Source: Elusimicrobiota bacterium (lineage in GTDB: Bacteria > Elusimicrobiota > Elusimicrobia > UBA1565). Taken from it: a DNA stretch of 43,353 nt. A program made the translations under genes and the position numbers. The notes beneath the pieces were generated by a model, which was given only the letters and a program-made list of their open reading frames with translations, searched no databases and was not told the DNA's origin. Positions 19,801 to 29,596 of this stretch are shown in pieces (position 1 is the first letter of the stretch; each line of letters starts with the position of its first letter). The DNA lies in NCBI GenBank assembly GCA_043819795.1, contig JBDREN010000169.1, forward strand, positions 1-43,353, in the 5' to 3' direction.

Positions 19801-21108
19801 ATGGGCCATATCGTCAACTCCGACCGCGAGTACCGCCTGCTGCGCGAGCGGCTGGACCGCAACGTCACGGGCGCTCCGGACTCGCCCGCCCTGACGAGGA
19901 TCCTGAGGCTCCTCTTCTCGCCCGAGGAGGCCGAGCTCGCCCGGCGCATCCCCGGCAGCCCCACGCCCCTGGAGGACCTGTCGCGCAAGCTCGGCATCCC
20001 CGCCGACCGGCTCGGAGAGAAGATGACCGACATGGCCCGCCGGGGCCTGGTCGTCGACCTCGAGCACGGCGGCACGCGCTACTTCCTGCTCCCCCCGGTC
20101 GTGATCGGGTTCTTCGAGTTCACCTTCATGCGCGCGCGCCCCGACATGCCCATGGCCGAGCTGGCCCGCCTCTTCGACGAGTACATGCACCAAGACGACC
20201 GCTTCGCGCGCTCCGTCTTCCGCGGCCGGACCCAGATCGGCCGCGCCCTGGTCCGCGAGGAGGCTCTGCCCGAGGGGGACCACGCCGAGGTCCTCGACTG
20301 GGAGCGCGCGAGCCATCTGGTGCGCTCGGCGCCGGCCCTGGGCGTCTCTTTGTGCGCCTGCCGCCATCAGGCGTCCCATGTCGGCAAGGCCTGCGACAGG
20401 CCGGTTGAGACCTGCCTCACGCTCGGCCACGCGGCCAAAGCCATGATCCGCAGCGGCGCCGCCCGCCCCGTCACGGCCGATGAGGCCATGCGCATCATCG
20501 GGAGGTGCAAGGAGCTCGGGATGGCCCAGATCGGCGACAACGTGCGCCGCCGGGTGACCTATATCTGCAACTGCTGCCGCTGCTGCTGCCACATGGTCCG
20601 GGCGGTCAGGACCTACGGCATCCGCGAGGCGATCGTCACCTCGAACTGGATAATGGATGTCGATCCCGCCCTATGCTCCGGCTGCGGGGAATGCGTCGAG
20701 GCGTGCCCGGTCGAGGCGATCGAGATCCGGCGGATGACGGAGCGAAGCGAGGAGCGCCGGTGGGCCGTGCTCGACGAGACCCTCTGCCTGGGCTGCGGCG
20801 TCTGCCGCTCGGCCTGCGCGTCCGGCGCCCTCTCCATGAGGCCCCGCGCCCGCAAGACCGTCCCCCCGGAGACCGTGTTCGACCGGCTCGTGACGATGGC
20901 CGTCGAGCGCGGCAAGCTGGCGGACCTGCTCTTCGACGAGCCCGAACGCCTGAGCCACCGCGCTTTGGGGCGCGTCCTCGGCGTCCTGGAGAGGACTCCC
21001 CTCTTCAAGGCCGCCGCGGCGGTCGAGCCGTTGCGGTCGGTCTTCCTGAACGCCCTGGTCAAGGGAACGAAGATGAAGGCGGGGCCGCTCGCCGAGGAGC
21101 TGGGGTAG
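19801..21108 (+). CDS. 4Fe-4S dicluster domain protein with N-terminal winged-helix-like region
   Basis: CACR, ICNCCRCCC, CSGCGECVEACP and CLGCGVCRSACA ferredoxin motifs. Confidence 0.88.
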   Translation: MGHIVNSDREYRLLRERLDRNVTGAPDSPALTRILRLLFSPEEAELARRIPGSPTPLEDLSRKLGIPADRLGEKMTDMARRGLVVDLEHGGTRYFLLPPVVIGFFEFTFMRARPDMPMAELARLFDEYMHQDDRFARSVFRGRTQIGRALVREEALPEGDHAEVLDWERASHLVRSAPALGVSLCACRHQASHVGKACDRPVETCLTLGHAAKAMIRSGAARPVTADEAMRIIGRCKELGMAQIGDNVRRRVTYICNCCRCCCHMVRAVRTYGIREAIVTSNWIMDVDPALCSGCGECVEACPVEAIEIRRMTERSEERRWAVLDETLCLGCGVCRSACASGALSMRPRARKTVPPETVFDRLVTMAVERGKLADLLFDEPERLSHRALGRVLGVLERTPLFKAAAAVEPLRSVFLNALVKGTKMKAGPLAEELG

Positions 21109-21161
21109 GGTCCGGCGCCCCCGAGCGGCTATCCGGCGCACTCTTTTGGAGGTGACCCACG

Positions 21162-24100
21162 ATGAAACGACCGCGCGCGACCTACCGCCTCGATCCCGAC
21201 GCGTCGTCCTTCGTCATCGAGAACTACAATTGGGCCGAGCCCTTTTCGAACTTCCTGCCGGGCATAGCCGGCAAGTGGGGCATCCCCCTGTGGGTCTACT
21301 ACGTGAGCCGCGCTCAGGCGGTCTGCTCGGCCGGCGTGCGGGACAAGGACGGCCAGATCCTGGAGTTTTACTCCTTCAATAAGGCCCTCATGCGCGTGGC
21401 CCGCGAGGGATTCCGGACCTTCATCAAGCTCGACGGGGGGCCGGCCTACGAGCCCTTCCGGAAGACCGACCGGCCCGGGATACTGCAGACCATGATGGTC
21501 TCCTCCGCCGAGCTGCGCCTGCGCGAGAGGAACAGGCCGCTGCGGCTGGAGATCGAGGTAGCCTACTTCACGCTCCCGAACTTCCCGGTGGCGGCCCTGT
21601 GCCGGGACGTGCGCATCCGCAACCTGGCGGACGAGGAGCGCCGGATAGAATGGGTGGACGGCGCCCCCCGGGTCCTGCCCTACGGCCTGGACCAGGCTCG
21701 GATCAAGTCCATCCCCCGGCACATCGAGGGGATGATGGGCGTGGGCTCCTTCGCCGGCATCCCCCTGTTCCGGCTCAAGCAGACCGCCGACGACGTCGAG
21801 CGCGTCGCCCGCGTCACGGGCGGCCATTTCTACGTGGCGCCGGGGGTCTCGCTGGGGAAGGGCGTCGTCGTCGATCCGGAGGCGGTCTTCGGCGAGGCCA
21901 TGAATTTCGACCGCCCTTGGCACTTCGACGCCTCGGGCCTGCGGGGCGTGCTCGCCTTCCCGCAGTACGGGGACAACAAGACGCCCTCGGCCTTCGCCGC
22001 CCGGGCCGACCGCCTGGCCCCCGGGGGAGAGGCTCGCCAGGTCTCGCTGATCGGGCACGTCGGCCGGGACGAGGACCTGCGGGGGCTGCTGGCCGCGCTG
22101 CGCAAGAAAGGCTTCGTCGAGGACAAGCGCGCCGAGAACGGGAGGGTGGTGGAGGAGATCGCGGACCGCTGCTTCACCGTCTCCTCGTCGCCCCACTTCG
22201 ACGCCTACGCCCGGCAGGATTTCCTCGACAACGTGGTCCGCGGCGGCATGCCGCTCGTCCTCGAGACGGCCCGCGGCAAGAGCGTGCTGCCCATCTACTC
22301 CCGCCAGAACGGGGACTTGGAGCGCGACTACCACCACTTCGTCCTCGACCCGACCTACCTGTCGCAGGGCACCGGACACTACCGGAGCGTCCTGCAGAAC
22401 CGGCGGACGGATACCTGGTTCTTTCCCGAGGTGGAGGACGCCAACCTCCGCGCCTTCCTGAACCTGATCCAGCTCGACGGCTACAATCCCCTAGAGGTGA
22501 AGGGAGTCGCCTACCGGGTCGAGAACGCGGCGGGCCTGCGCAAGTGGCTGCGCGCCAACGTCGGATCCCCCGTGTTGCGCGCGGGTTTGCTGGAGAAGAT
22601 GGGCGCGGCCTTCACCCCCGGCGAGCTCCTGCTGTCTTTGGAGCGCGCGGGCGGCCTGGCCGCGGCGGACCGCGAGCGGACGCTGCGCGGGATCCTGGCC
22701 TTCTGCCGGGAGGGCGAGATCGGCGGCCTGCACGAGGGCTTCTGGGTGGACCACTGGCATTACAACATCGACCTGCTCGAGATCGTCCTGGCGGTCTATC
22801 CCGAGCGCGCCGGGGAGTTCCTGCTGGGAGGCGCGCGCCTGACCTTCTTCGACGACCCGGACGTGATCCTGCCCCGCGACCGCAAGACGGTGGACGCGGG
22901 AGGCAATATCCGCTGCTACGGCGCGGTCGTCCGGGACCCCGAGAAGGAGCGCCTCATCGGCGCGCGCCGGACCGACGCCTACAAGGCTCGTACCCGCCAC
23001 GGGAAGGGAAGCGTCTATAAGACCAGCGTCGTGGTGAAGCTGCTCTGCATCGTCGCCAACCGCCTGGCCACGCTCGATCCGGCCGGGACCGGCGTCGAGA
23101 TGGAGGCGGGCAAGCCGGGGTGGAACGATTCCATGAACGGCCTGCCGGGCCTGTTCGGATCCGGGCTCTCGGAGACGATCGAGCTCCGCAGGGCGCTGCG
23201 CTTCCTGCTGGAGGCTCTCGAGCGCTTGGACGCCGCGGAGGCGAAGCCCGTCCCGGTCTACGAGGAGCTCGTCCGGCTCATGCGCCGCCTCATCGGTCTC
23301 ATGCGGCGGCGGCTCTCCCCCCACGAGCGGGCCGCCTTCCGCTACTGGGACGAGGCGAACACCCTCAAGGAGCTCTACCGCGAGCGCACCAAGTTCGGCG
23401 TCTCCGGCCGGGAGGTCTCCATGCCGCTGGCCGAGATCCGTGACTTCCTGTCGGAGGGGAAGGCGCTGCTCGACGCCGTCTTCACGGGACCCGCGCGCAG
23501 GAAGGTGCTCTCGCGCGACGGCGTCCCGTACACCTACTTCGTTAACGAGGTCGTGAGGAGCCGTCCGCTCGGACGCGAGAGCCGGCTCGGCTACCCGCTC
23601 GTGCGGCCGCTCGCGTTCCGGCAGCGCCCCGTTCGCCTGTTCCTCGAAGGGCCCGTCCACTGGATGAAGGACAGGCCCCACGAGGCCAAGAAAGTCTACG
23701 AGGCGGTGCGCCGCTCGAAGGTCTACGACCGCAAGCTGAGGATGTACAAGTCGTGCGAGGACATGACGGGAGAGTCCCCGGAGCTCGGCCGCGCGGTCGG
23801 GGCCTACCCCCGCGGCTGGATCGAGAACGAATCCATCTACCTGCACATGGAGTACAAGTACCTGCTCGAGATACTGCGCAGCGGCCTCTGCGAGGAGTTC
23901 TGGCGGGACGCCCGGACCGCGCTTATCCCCTTCATGGACCCGGCGGCTTACGGAAGGAGCACGCTGGAGGGCGCGTCGTTCATCGTCTCGAGCGCGTACG
24001 CGGACCCGCGGCTCCACGGCCGGGCCTTCCAGCCGCGCCTCTCCGGGATCACCTGCGAGTTCCTGCACATCTGGATCCTCGCGGCGGCCGGCCCGCGGCC

Positions 24101-24452
24101 GCTGCGCGAGGGCGCCGGGGGCCGGCTCGAGCTGGCTCTCGAACCGCGCCTTCCGGGATGGCTCTTCACCCGCCGTCGCTGCGTCCGGCGCTGGCACGAC
24201 GCGCAAGACGGCTGGCTCGATGTCGAGGTGCCGGCGAACGCATTCGCATTCAAGCTCCTGGGGCGGACGCTCGTCGTCTATCACAACCCGGCCCGGAAGC
24301 CCACCTACGGCCCCAAGGGAGCGCGGCCCGCTTCGTACCGGCTGGAGTACCGCGACGGGAGGACCGTCGAGGCGGCGGGCGCCGTGGCCTCGCCCCACGC
24401 CGAGGCCGTGCGGGAAGGCGCGGTACGCCGGATCGACGTCACGCTCCGGTGA
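21162..24452 (+). CDS. Glycoside phosphorylase, likely GH161 (beta-1,3-glucan phosphorylase-like; often annotated 'cellobiose phosphorylase')
   Basis: FSNFLPGIAG..GIPLW, GDLERDY, QLDGYNPL, EGFWVDHW, EMEAGKPGWNDSMNGLPG, GWIENESIYLHMEYKYLLE, RLSG. Family assignment is from recalled motifs. Confidence 0.75.
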   Translation: MKRPRATYRLDPDASSFVIENYNWAEPFSNFLPGIAGKWGIPLWVYYVSRAQAVCSAGVRDKDGQILEFYSFNKALMRVAREGFRTFIKLDGGPAYEPFRKTDRPGILQTMMVSSAELRLRERNRPLRLEIEVAYFTLPNFPVAALCRDVRIRNLADEERRIEWVDGAPRVLPYGLDQARIKSIPRHIEGMMGVGSFAGIPLFRLKQTADDVERVARVTGGHFYVAPGVSLGKGVVVDPEAVFGEAMNFDRPWHFDASGLRGVLAFPQYGDNKTPSAFAARADRLAPGGEARQVSLIGHVGRDEDLRGLLAALRKKGFVEDKRAENGRVVEEIADRCFTVSSSPHFDAYARQDFLDNVVRGGMPLVLETARGKSVLPIYSRQNGDLERDYHHFVLDPTYLSQGTGHYRSVLQNRRTDTWFFPEVEDANLRAFLNLIQLDGYNPLEVKGVAYRVENAAGLRKWLRANVGSPVLRAGLLEKMGAAFTPGELLLSLERAGGLAAADRERTLRGILAFCREGEIGGLHEGFWVDHWHYNIDLLEIVLAVYPERAGEFLLGGARLTFFDDPDVILPRDRKTVDAGGNIRCYGAVVRDPEKERLIGARRTDAYKARTRHGKGSVYKTSVVVKLLCIVANRLATLDPAGTGVEMEAGKPGWNDSMNGLPGLFGSGLSETIELRRALRFLLEALERLDAAEAKPVPVYEELVRLMRRLIGLMRRRLSPHERAAFRYWDEANTLKELYRERTKFGVSGREVSMPLAEIRDFLSEGKALLDAVFTGPARRKVLSRDGVPYTYFVNEVVRSRPLGRESRLGYPLVRPLAFRQRPVRLFLEGPVHWMKDRPHEAKKVYEAVRRSKVYDRKLRMYKSCEDMTGESPELGRAVGAYPRGWIENESIYLHMEYKYLLEILRSGLCEEFWRDARTALIPFMDPAAYGRSTLEGASFIVSSAYADPRLHGRAFQPRLSGITCEFLHIWILAAAGPRPLREGAGGRLELALEPRLPGWLFTRRRCVRRWHDAQDGWLDVEVPANAFAFKLLGRTLVVYHNPARKPTYGPKGARPASYRLEYRDGRTVEAAGAVASPHAEAVREGAVRRIDVTLR

Positions 24453-24462
24453 ACTAAAGCGT

Positions 24463-24496
24463 GAGGCGAGAGATCCCGCGACGGGCCTCTCGCCTC
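24463..24496. terminator. Hairpin between convergent genes
   Basis: GAGGCGAGAG...CTCTCGCCTC with inner CCCG/CGGG pairing. Confidence 0.55.
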
Positions 24497-24516
24497 GTTA
24501 CGCCCGGACAGCTCGC

Positions 24517-24834
24517 CTATGTGGCGCCTTTGCCGTCGCAGGCCGGGCACTTCTTCGAATACTTCCGGCCCGTCCCGCCGCAACGCTCGCATACCCATAC
24601 GGCCCGGAAGGTAAACCGAGCCTTGCCGGGCTCCGGCCGCGCCGGGGACGGCGGCTTGTCCGACGGCGACGAGGAAGGCGCTGGAGCCCGGAAGCCCCCG
24701 TTCATGCGCCCGTTGAAACCCGTCATCGCCTTCTCCGCGCAGGAGCCGCAGACGTCGGGACACGAGCCCGCGCTTTCGCGGACCTTCTTCTTGCACTTGG
24801 GGCAGGTGAACTCGAAGCTGCGTCTCCCCGTCAT
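24517..24834 (-). CDS. Small Cys-rich zinc-binding protein
   Basis: CPKC, CPDVCGSC, CERCGGTG, CPACDGKG (DnaJ-like CxxCxGxG repeats). Confidence 0.7.
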   Translation of the reverse strand: MTGRRSFEFTCPKCKKKVRESAGSCPDVCGSCAEKAMTGFNGRMNGGFRAPAPSSSPSDKPPSPARPEPGKARFTFRAVWVCERCGGTGRKYSKKCPACDGKGAT

Positions 24835-24929
24835 AGACAGCGACCCCTTCGGCGCTTCTTGTCGGCCTTCTTGCGACCCCCGGGCTTCTTGTTCAACTTC
24901 TTGGGGTTCAGCCCGGCGTCCTTGGCCAT
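24831..24929 (-). CDS. 32-aa Lys/Arg-rich small protein (MAKDAGLNPKKLNKKPGGRKKADKKRRRGRCL)
   Basis: Not in the ORF track. TAAGGA RBS just upstream of the ATG; stop overlaps the zinc-finger ATG (ATGA). Confidence 0.6.
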   Translation of the reverse strand: MAKDAGLNPKKLNKKPGGRKKADKKRRRGRCL

Positions 24930-25051
24930 TCGTTCCTTAAGTGTTACCCCCATCAGCGCGTTATTTCAATGACCGGATGGTAAATCTTCCGTAAAGATTT
25001 GGGATTTGAGTACTCGGACCCTTGAGCTCTGGAATACGCGGACGGTGAGAT

Positions 25052-26536
25052 CTATTTCGAGAGGAACCTATGATTCAGAAAAGCGAGAGGAACGGTCAAC
25101 ATCAGCAGCGCGGACGCGAGGAAGGCGCGCGGGACCGTCGAAAGCTTGAACAGGGGTCCGTCGGCCCTGAACAGGTTCAATAGAGGATGCAGGCTCCACT
25201 CCCAGAGCTCCGCCGTCTGCTCGACGATGGCGTAGGATCCGGGGTAGGTGAAGAACGCTCCCACGGAGTGGACGAGGATGGAGACGCTGAACGCGGCCGT
25301 CCAGAGGACCTTCGCCCGGCCGGAGCCCGCGATCTCGGCCTCGATCTCCCCGCAGAACAAGGCCAGCACGATGCATACGGCCGCGAAGTAGCGGGTGCCG
25401 AAGGTCTGGCCGCCGGTCCAGGACGACCGGAAGCAGTAGAAGACCAGGGTCGCGAAGCAGGCTCCGATCAGGTAGGGGGCCCAACGCCGCCGGGGGTCCA
25501 GGCACGCGCGCTTCATCCCCCATATCCCGAAAACCGCCGCCGGAACGAAGAGAAAAAGCCCGCGCGTCGGGCTCGCCAGCATCGCGAAAAGCGCCTCCCA
25601 CTGGAAAGCCCCGAAGAGACCGCCCTGTACTCCCATGTACGGCGGCCGCAACCGGCCCGTATAGTAGAGCCAGTAGGCCGCGTTGAGGGCGAGCGGCGCC
25701 ATGGCGCCCGCGCAGAACCGCGGCAGACGCTCTCTGCGGTGGAACAGATAGAAGAGCGCGGCCGCGGCCAGGAAGAACACGCTGTCCTCCCGGCAGGTGG
25801 TAGCGAGCGCGAAGCCGAACCCGCTGAGATAAGGCGCGATGGACCGGGGCTCTCTGAGCATCCCCAGAAGCCCCAGCGCCACGCCGAGCTGCGCGGGGCC
25901 GTGGGAGTGGAGCGCCTGGCTGCTGACGCTGAACGTCCACGTGCCCAGGCCGTAGAACAACGCCATGGTGACCGCCCAGCTGTGCGACGCCCGGCCCCGG
26001 ACCATCTCGTAGACCACGGGCACCGACGCCGCGCAGATCAAGGAGCCGGAGACCTTGGACAGGTTGTGCAGGAGCAGGTCCTCGGGACGGGCGCCGGCCA
26101 GAACGGCCGGCAGAGCGACCGGCAGCGCCAAAAGCCCCGGCACGATCGAGAACACCGACATGAGCGGCTGCGACGTCACCACCACGAAGTCGCGCAGGCT
26201 CTGCTCCACCAGGAACAGGCGGCGGAAAGGCTCCATCGACAGCGTCCCGTGCCGCAGGAGCGCGAAAGGGAGGATGCTGTTCGGGATGTCGTCGCCGCCG
26301 TGCCAGCGGAAGGTGGCCAGGTACGCCGTGAGCGCCACGAGGAGCAGCGGCGCGTGCGCCGGCTCGTCGAAGAGCGCGCGCCCCTCCGAACGCCGCCGCA
26401 GGATCACGCGGGCCAAGCAGGCCGCGGACAGAAGGAACAACGCGGTCCACGGGTGGACCCGGACGTACGGGTTGTCCAAGCCCACGGCCAAAGAGGCCAG
26501 GCATAGGGCCGCCAGAGCCCCCAGGAGGAGCTTCAC
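25052..26536 (-). CDS. Polytopic membrane protein, GT-C-fold glycosyltransferase-like
   Basis: GTG start overlapping the PepSY stop; GGDD in the first loop, SSQALHSHG, SPTRGLFLFVP, WTGGQTFGTRY. Confidence 0.7.
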   Translation of the reverse strand: MKLLLGALAALCLASLAVGLDNPYVRVHPWTALFLLSAACLARVILRRRSEGRALFDEPAHAPLLLVALTAYLATFRWHGGDDIPNSILPFALLRHGTLSMEPFRRLFLVEQSLRDFVVVTSQPLMSVFSIVPGLLALPVALPAVLAGARPEDLLLHNLSKVSGSLICAASVPVVYEMVRGRASHSWAVTMALFYGLGTWTFSVSSQALHSHGPAQLGVALGLLGMLREPRSIAPYLSGFGFALATTCREDSVFFLAAAALFYLFHRRERLPRFCAGAMAPLALNAAYWLYYTGRLRPPYMGVQGGLFGAFQWEALFAMLASPTRGLFLFVPAAVFGIWGMKRACLDPRRRWAPYLIGACFATLVFYCFRSSWTGGQTFGTRYFAAVCIVLALFCGEIEAEIAGSGRAKVLWTAAFSVSILVHSVGAFFTYPGSYAIVEQTAELWEWSLHPLLNLFRADGPLFKLSTVPRAFLASALLMLTVPLAFLNHRFLSK

Positions 26537-27093
26537 CGGGGCCCCGGATCGGCGACGCTCCCGGGCTTGCCGGCGCCGGACCGCTTCCGGGCGCGCCGCT
26601 TGGCCTGGTGAGGCAGGACGAACAGGTAGATGCCCGTGATCCAAAGCAGCAGAAGGACGATCCCGGACGTCATGAACAGGCCCATCTTGACCTTGTCGTG
26701 GAAGAACGAGCCGTCATGGATGTCCTCGATGACGTCCGAGCGGCGGTAGGCGGCCTGGAGCACCTCCCCGTTCTCGGTGTCGATCTGGACCTCCCAGCCG
26801 GTCTTCGCCTGGACCTTGACGATCCCCCTCCCGGGACGGACATCCAGGCGATCGATGTCCTCCCAGCCCTCGATCCGCGCGGCGGGGACCGTCCGGGCGG
26901 CCTCCAGGATGGCGTCAAAGCCGACGCGGGGGACCGTCCCGGCCCCCCGCCGGCTGGGAGGCTGGATCCAGTCCACGTGCTTCTTGAGCTGCAGGAGTAT
27001 CCCGCTGACCAGGATGATGAGGATGGGCGCCGAGAAGCCGATGGCCACCCATCGGTGGATCTTCCTATTGAAGATCGAGGCCTTTGGCGCCAT
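26533..27093 (-). CDS. PepSY-associated TM helix protein
   Basis: RKIHRW, SGILLQLKK, EVQIDTENGEVL, IEDIHDGSFF, ITGIYL. Confidence 0.85.
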   Translation of the reverse strand: MAPKASIFNRKIHRWVAIGFSAPILIILVSGILLQLKKHVDWIQPPSRRGAGTVPRVGFDAILEAARTVPAARIEGWEDIDRLDVRPGRGIVKVQAKTGWEVQIDTENGEVLQAAYRRSDVIEDIHDGSFFHDKVKMGLFMTSGIVLLLLWITGIYLFVLPHQAKRRARKRSGAGKPGSVADPGPR

Positions 27094-27127
27094 TCCGTGA
27101 TGGTAGCAGATTTGGCATAATGGCCGC

Positions 27128-27409
27128 ATGACCGACGTCCCTGATCAGCTGGCCGGACAGATCGAGGCGGCCTACGACTACCGCGGCCATGTGACGATCA
27201 CGCTCGCCGGCGGGGAAAGGCTGGAGGGCTTCGTCTACAACCGCGTCCAGGCCCACCCCAAGCCGCCGGACGGCGGCTTCATCGAGGTATTCCTCAAGGA
27301 CAGCGACGCGTCCCGCCGGCTGCGCATCTCGGAGATCCGCTCCATCGAGCTCACGGGAAAGGACCACGCCGAGTCCTACGAGCAGTTCCTCGACCGGACC
27401 GGCAAGTAA
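27128..27409 (+). CDS. Small conserved hypothetical protein (Sm-like fold possible)
   Basis: AYDYRGHVTITLAGGERLEGFVYNR...ISEIRSIELTGKD; good codon bias. Confidence 0.75.
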   Translation: MTDVPDQLAGQIEAAYDYRGHVTITLAGGERLEGFVYNRVQAHPKPPDGGFIEVFLKDSDASRRLRISEIRSIELTGKDHAESYEQFLDRTGK

Positions 27410-27432
27410 CCTCCGCTCACCGCATCGGGATC

Positions 27433-28224
27433 CTACGCGGTCTCGGACGTCGCGCGTCCGAAAGACCGGACCCTCTCGAACACCACGGCCGCCCGCGCCA
27501 CGAGGGTCCGCAGCTCGTCCTCACGGAAGATCGCGCTGGAGATCACGCGCATGTACCGCCCGCTCACGTGGACGTACAGCTCCCTCTTCTCCGTGCGGAG
27601 CTCGAAGATGTCCTGAAGCGCGGCGAGGGTCCTGAGGTCCAAGACGCCGAACGCGTAGTCCACGGGCAGCGAGCGCACCACCATATCGGCCGCCTGTCCC
27701 TTGAGGTCGACGACGGGCTCCCGCTCCCGCAAGACCCGCAGGCATTCCCCCGAGGCCCGGCGGTCATGGATCACGAGCACGCCGGGGCGGAACCTCGGAG
27801 CCTCCGCGCTGAGGATGACGGAATATTCGTCCTCGGCCTCGCCCACGAAATCCAACGACATGTCGAGCGGCTCCGGCCCCTCGCCCGAGGACCAGACGGC
27901 CACCGCCTTCTTGCCCTCCGGCTCGGGCAGGCGCCGCAGGACGAGCTCCAGCTCCGGGACGGCCACCTCGCCTATGCCGCGCGCGGCGCGTAGGAGCCGT
28001 CCGCGCACGGTCCGGTGGAAGAGGAACAAGACGGTCAGGAAAACGCCCACCACCAGCCAGTTGGGCAGGTACAAGGCGTAGCCGGCGCCTCCGATCAGGA
28101 CGGCCGCGCCCACGGGCACGGCCCACGTGCCGGCCTCGCGGTTCCCGGACTTGTATAGCGAGCCGCCGATCGCGGCCGCGCCGACGGCGCTCAACGCCAG
28201 GATGACGAGGGGGTTCTCCGGCAT
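27433..28224 (-). CDS. Hypothetical membrane protein
   Basis: N-terminal TM helices; TGATG coupling to the upstream cyclodeaminase gene. Confidence 0.7.
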   Translation of the reverse strand: MPENPLVILALSAVGAAAIGGSLYKSGNREAGTWAVPVGAAVLIGGAGYALYLPNWLVVGVFLTVLFLFHRTVRGRLLRAARGIGEVAVPELELVLRRLPEPEGKKAVAVWSSGEGPEPLDMSLDFVGEAEDEYSVILSAEAPRFRPGVLVIHDRRASGECLRVLREREPVVDLKGQAADMVVRSLPVDYAFGVLDLRTLAALQDIFELRTEKRELYVHVSGRYMRVISSAIFREDELRTLVARAAVVFERVRSFGRATSETA

Positions 28225-28814
28225 CAGCCCAAAGCCTTTCGGATCTCCTCCGCTTCCTCGTCAAGCGGCCGGGACGACTCCGGGTCTTTGAGCGAGCCGG
28301 TGTTGATCCCGACGTTCACGAGCGCGCAGAAGGCCGCCGCGCGCAGGAGATGGACGGCGCAGTCCATGTCCGAGGCGACCGTGCCGACGGTCCGCTCCTT
28401 CTCGGCGCGGACGCGCTCGAGAGCGTGCGCGGCCGTCCGGGCGGTCTCGAGCGGCACCTCCGCCGCGGCCTTCAGCGCCTCCTGGATCTTCTCGCGCCTG
28501 CCGGGGCTGTCCTTGGGCAGCCTGTAGGCGGCCATGACGTCGTCGAAGACCGCCGCGTCCTCGAGCGTGAGGCGCTGGAGCTCGGCCCGCAGAGACTCGA
28601 AGGCCTCCCGCGCCGCCAGCAGGTCCGCGCGGCGCGCCTCGTCTATCTTCTTGCTGCGGGAGCTGATGCCCGTCGCCATGCCGCCGAGCGCGCACCCGAG
28701 CGCGCCGACCGTGCCGGCCGCCGCGCCGCCCCCGGGCGTCGGATCGGTGCTCGCGAAGGCCGCCACCAGCCCGTCCGCCGCCACGGCCCAGCCCGGTCGC
28801 GTTTGCTCGCTCAT
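28224..28814 (-). CDS. Cyclodeaminase/cyclohydrolase family protein (formiminotetrahydrofolate cyclodeaminase-like)
   Basis: ASTDPTPGGG, DAAVFDDVMAAYRLPK, AAEVPL, SD, NVGIN...LKD. Confidence 0.88.
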   Translation of the reverse strand: MSEQTRPGWAVAADGLVAAFASTDPTPGGGAAAGTVGALGCALGGMATGISSRSKKIDEARRADLLAAREAFESLRAELQRLTLEDAAVFDDVMAAYRLPKDSPGRREKIQEALKAAAEVPLETARTAAHALERVRAEKERTVGTVASDMDCAVHLLRAAAFCALVNVGINTGSLKDPESSRPLDEEAEEIRKALG

Positions 28815-29596
28815 GCCCCCCCCTTGACGCGTCGTTCCCGCCCTCGGCGGGACCGTTCGCCCCCCGAAGACGCTCCCGCGGCGCTCCTGCGGCTCTTGGG
28901 CTCGAGCCCGAGCCAGCGGAGCCACTGGCGAACGTCCCGAAAATCCTTGGCCAGGTGGTCCGGCCGCGAGCGGACCAGCTCCCGCCACGTCCCGAAACCC
29001 GTGCCCACCGCGATCGTGCGGTAGCCCGCCTTCTTGCCCGCGGCCACGTCCAGGGGCGTGTCCCCGATCACGTAGACGTCGCCCGGGCTGACCTTGCGCC
29101 CCTCCAGGTGTCTCCGCGCCCGCTGCACGGCCTTTCTCAGCACAGCCGGCCTGTGATAGGAGTCCGACCCGAACCCTCCGAAGAGGAAGTAGTCCCCCAG
29201 GCCCGAGGGCGCCAGCTTGATGCGCGCGCCCTGCTCGATGTTGCCGGTCCCGAGGCCGAGGAAGACGTCCTTCTCGCGGCTCAGGCGCCTGAGCAGGCCC
29301 CGGATGCCGGGCGTCAGCCGGTACTTCTTGGCGCGCAGCGACACCCGCACGTGGCGCGGCAAAACGCGCACGTACTCGCGATGCACGCGGTCTATCTCGG
29401 CGCGCCTCGGCCGGCGTCCGACCGCGGCGCGGATGGCCTCCTCGAAGTTGCGCAGATCGGTCTTGCCGGCCAAGCTCGCCGCCCCGCAGTCGCGCCGCAC
29501 GCCGAAGACGTTCTGGACCGCGCGGTTGAGGGCCTTGCGCCCGGCGCCGCCGGCCCGTACGAGCGTCCCGTCGAGGTCGAAGAGCAGTATCCTCAT
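28811..29596 (-). CDS. HAD-superfamily hydrolase (phosphoglycolate phosphatase-like)
   Basis: LFDLDGTL, GKTD, TGN, GGFGSD, VIGDTPLDV. Confidence 0.88.
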   Translation of the reverse strand: MRILLFDLDGTLVRAGGAGRKALNRAVQNVFGVRRDCGAASLAGKTDLRNFEEAIRAAVGRRPRRAEIDRVHREYVRVLPRHVRVSLRAKKYRLTPGIRGLLRRLSREKDVFLGLGTGNIEQGARIKLAPSGLGDYFLFGGFGSDSYHRPAVLRKAVQRARRHLEGRKVSPGDVYVIGDTPLDVAAGKKAGYRTIAVGTGFGTWRELVRSRPDHLAKDFRDVRQWLRWLGLEPKSRRSAAGASSGGERSRRGRERRVKGGA

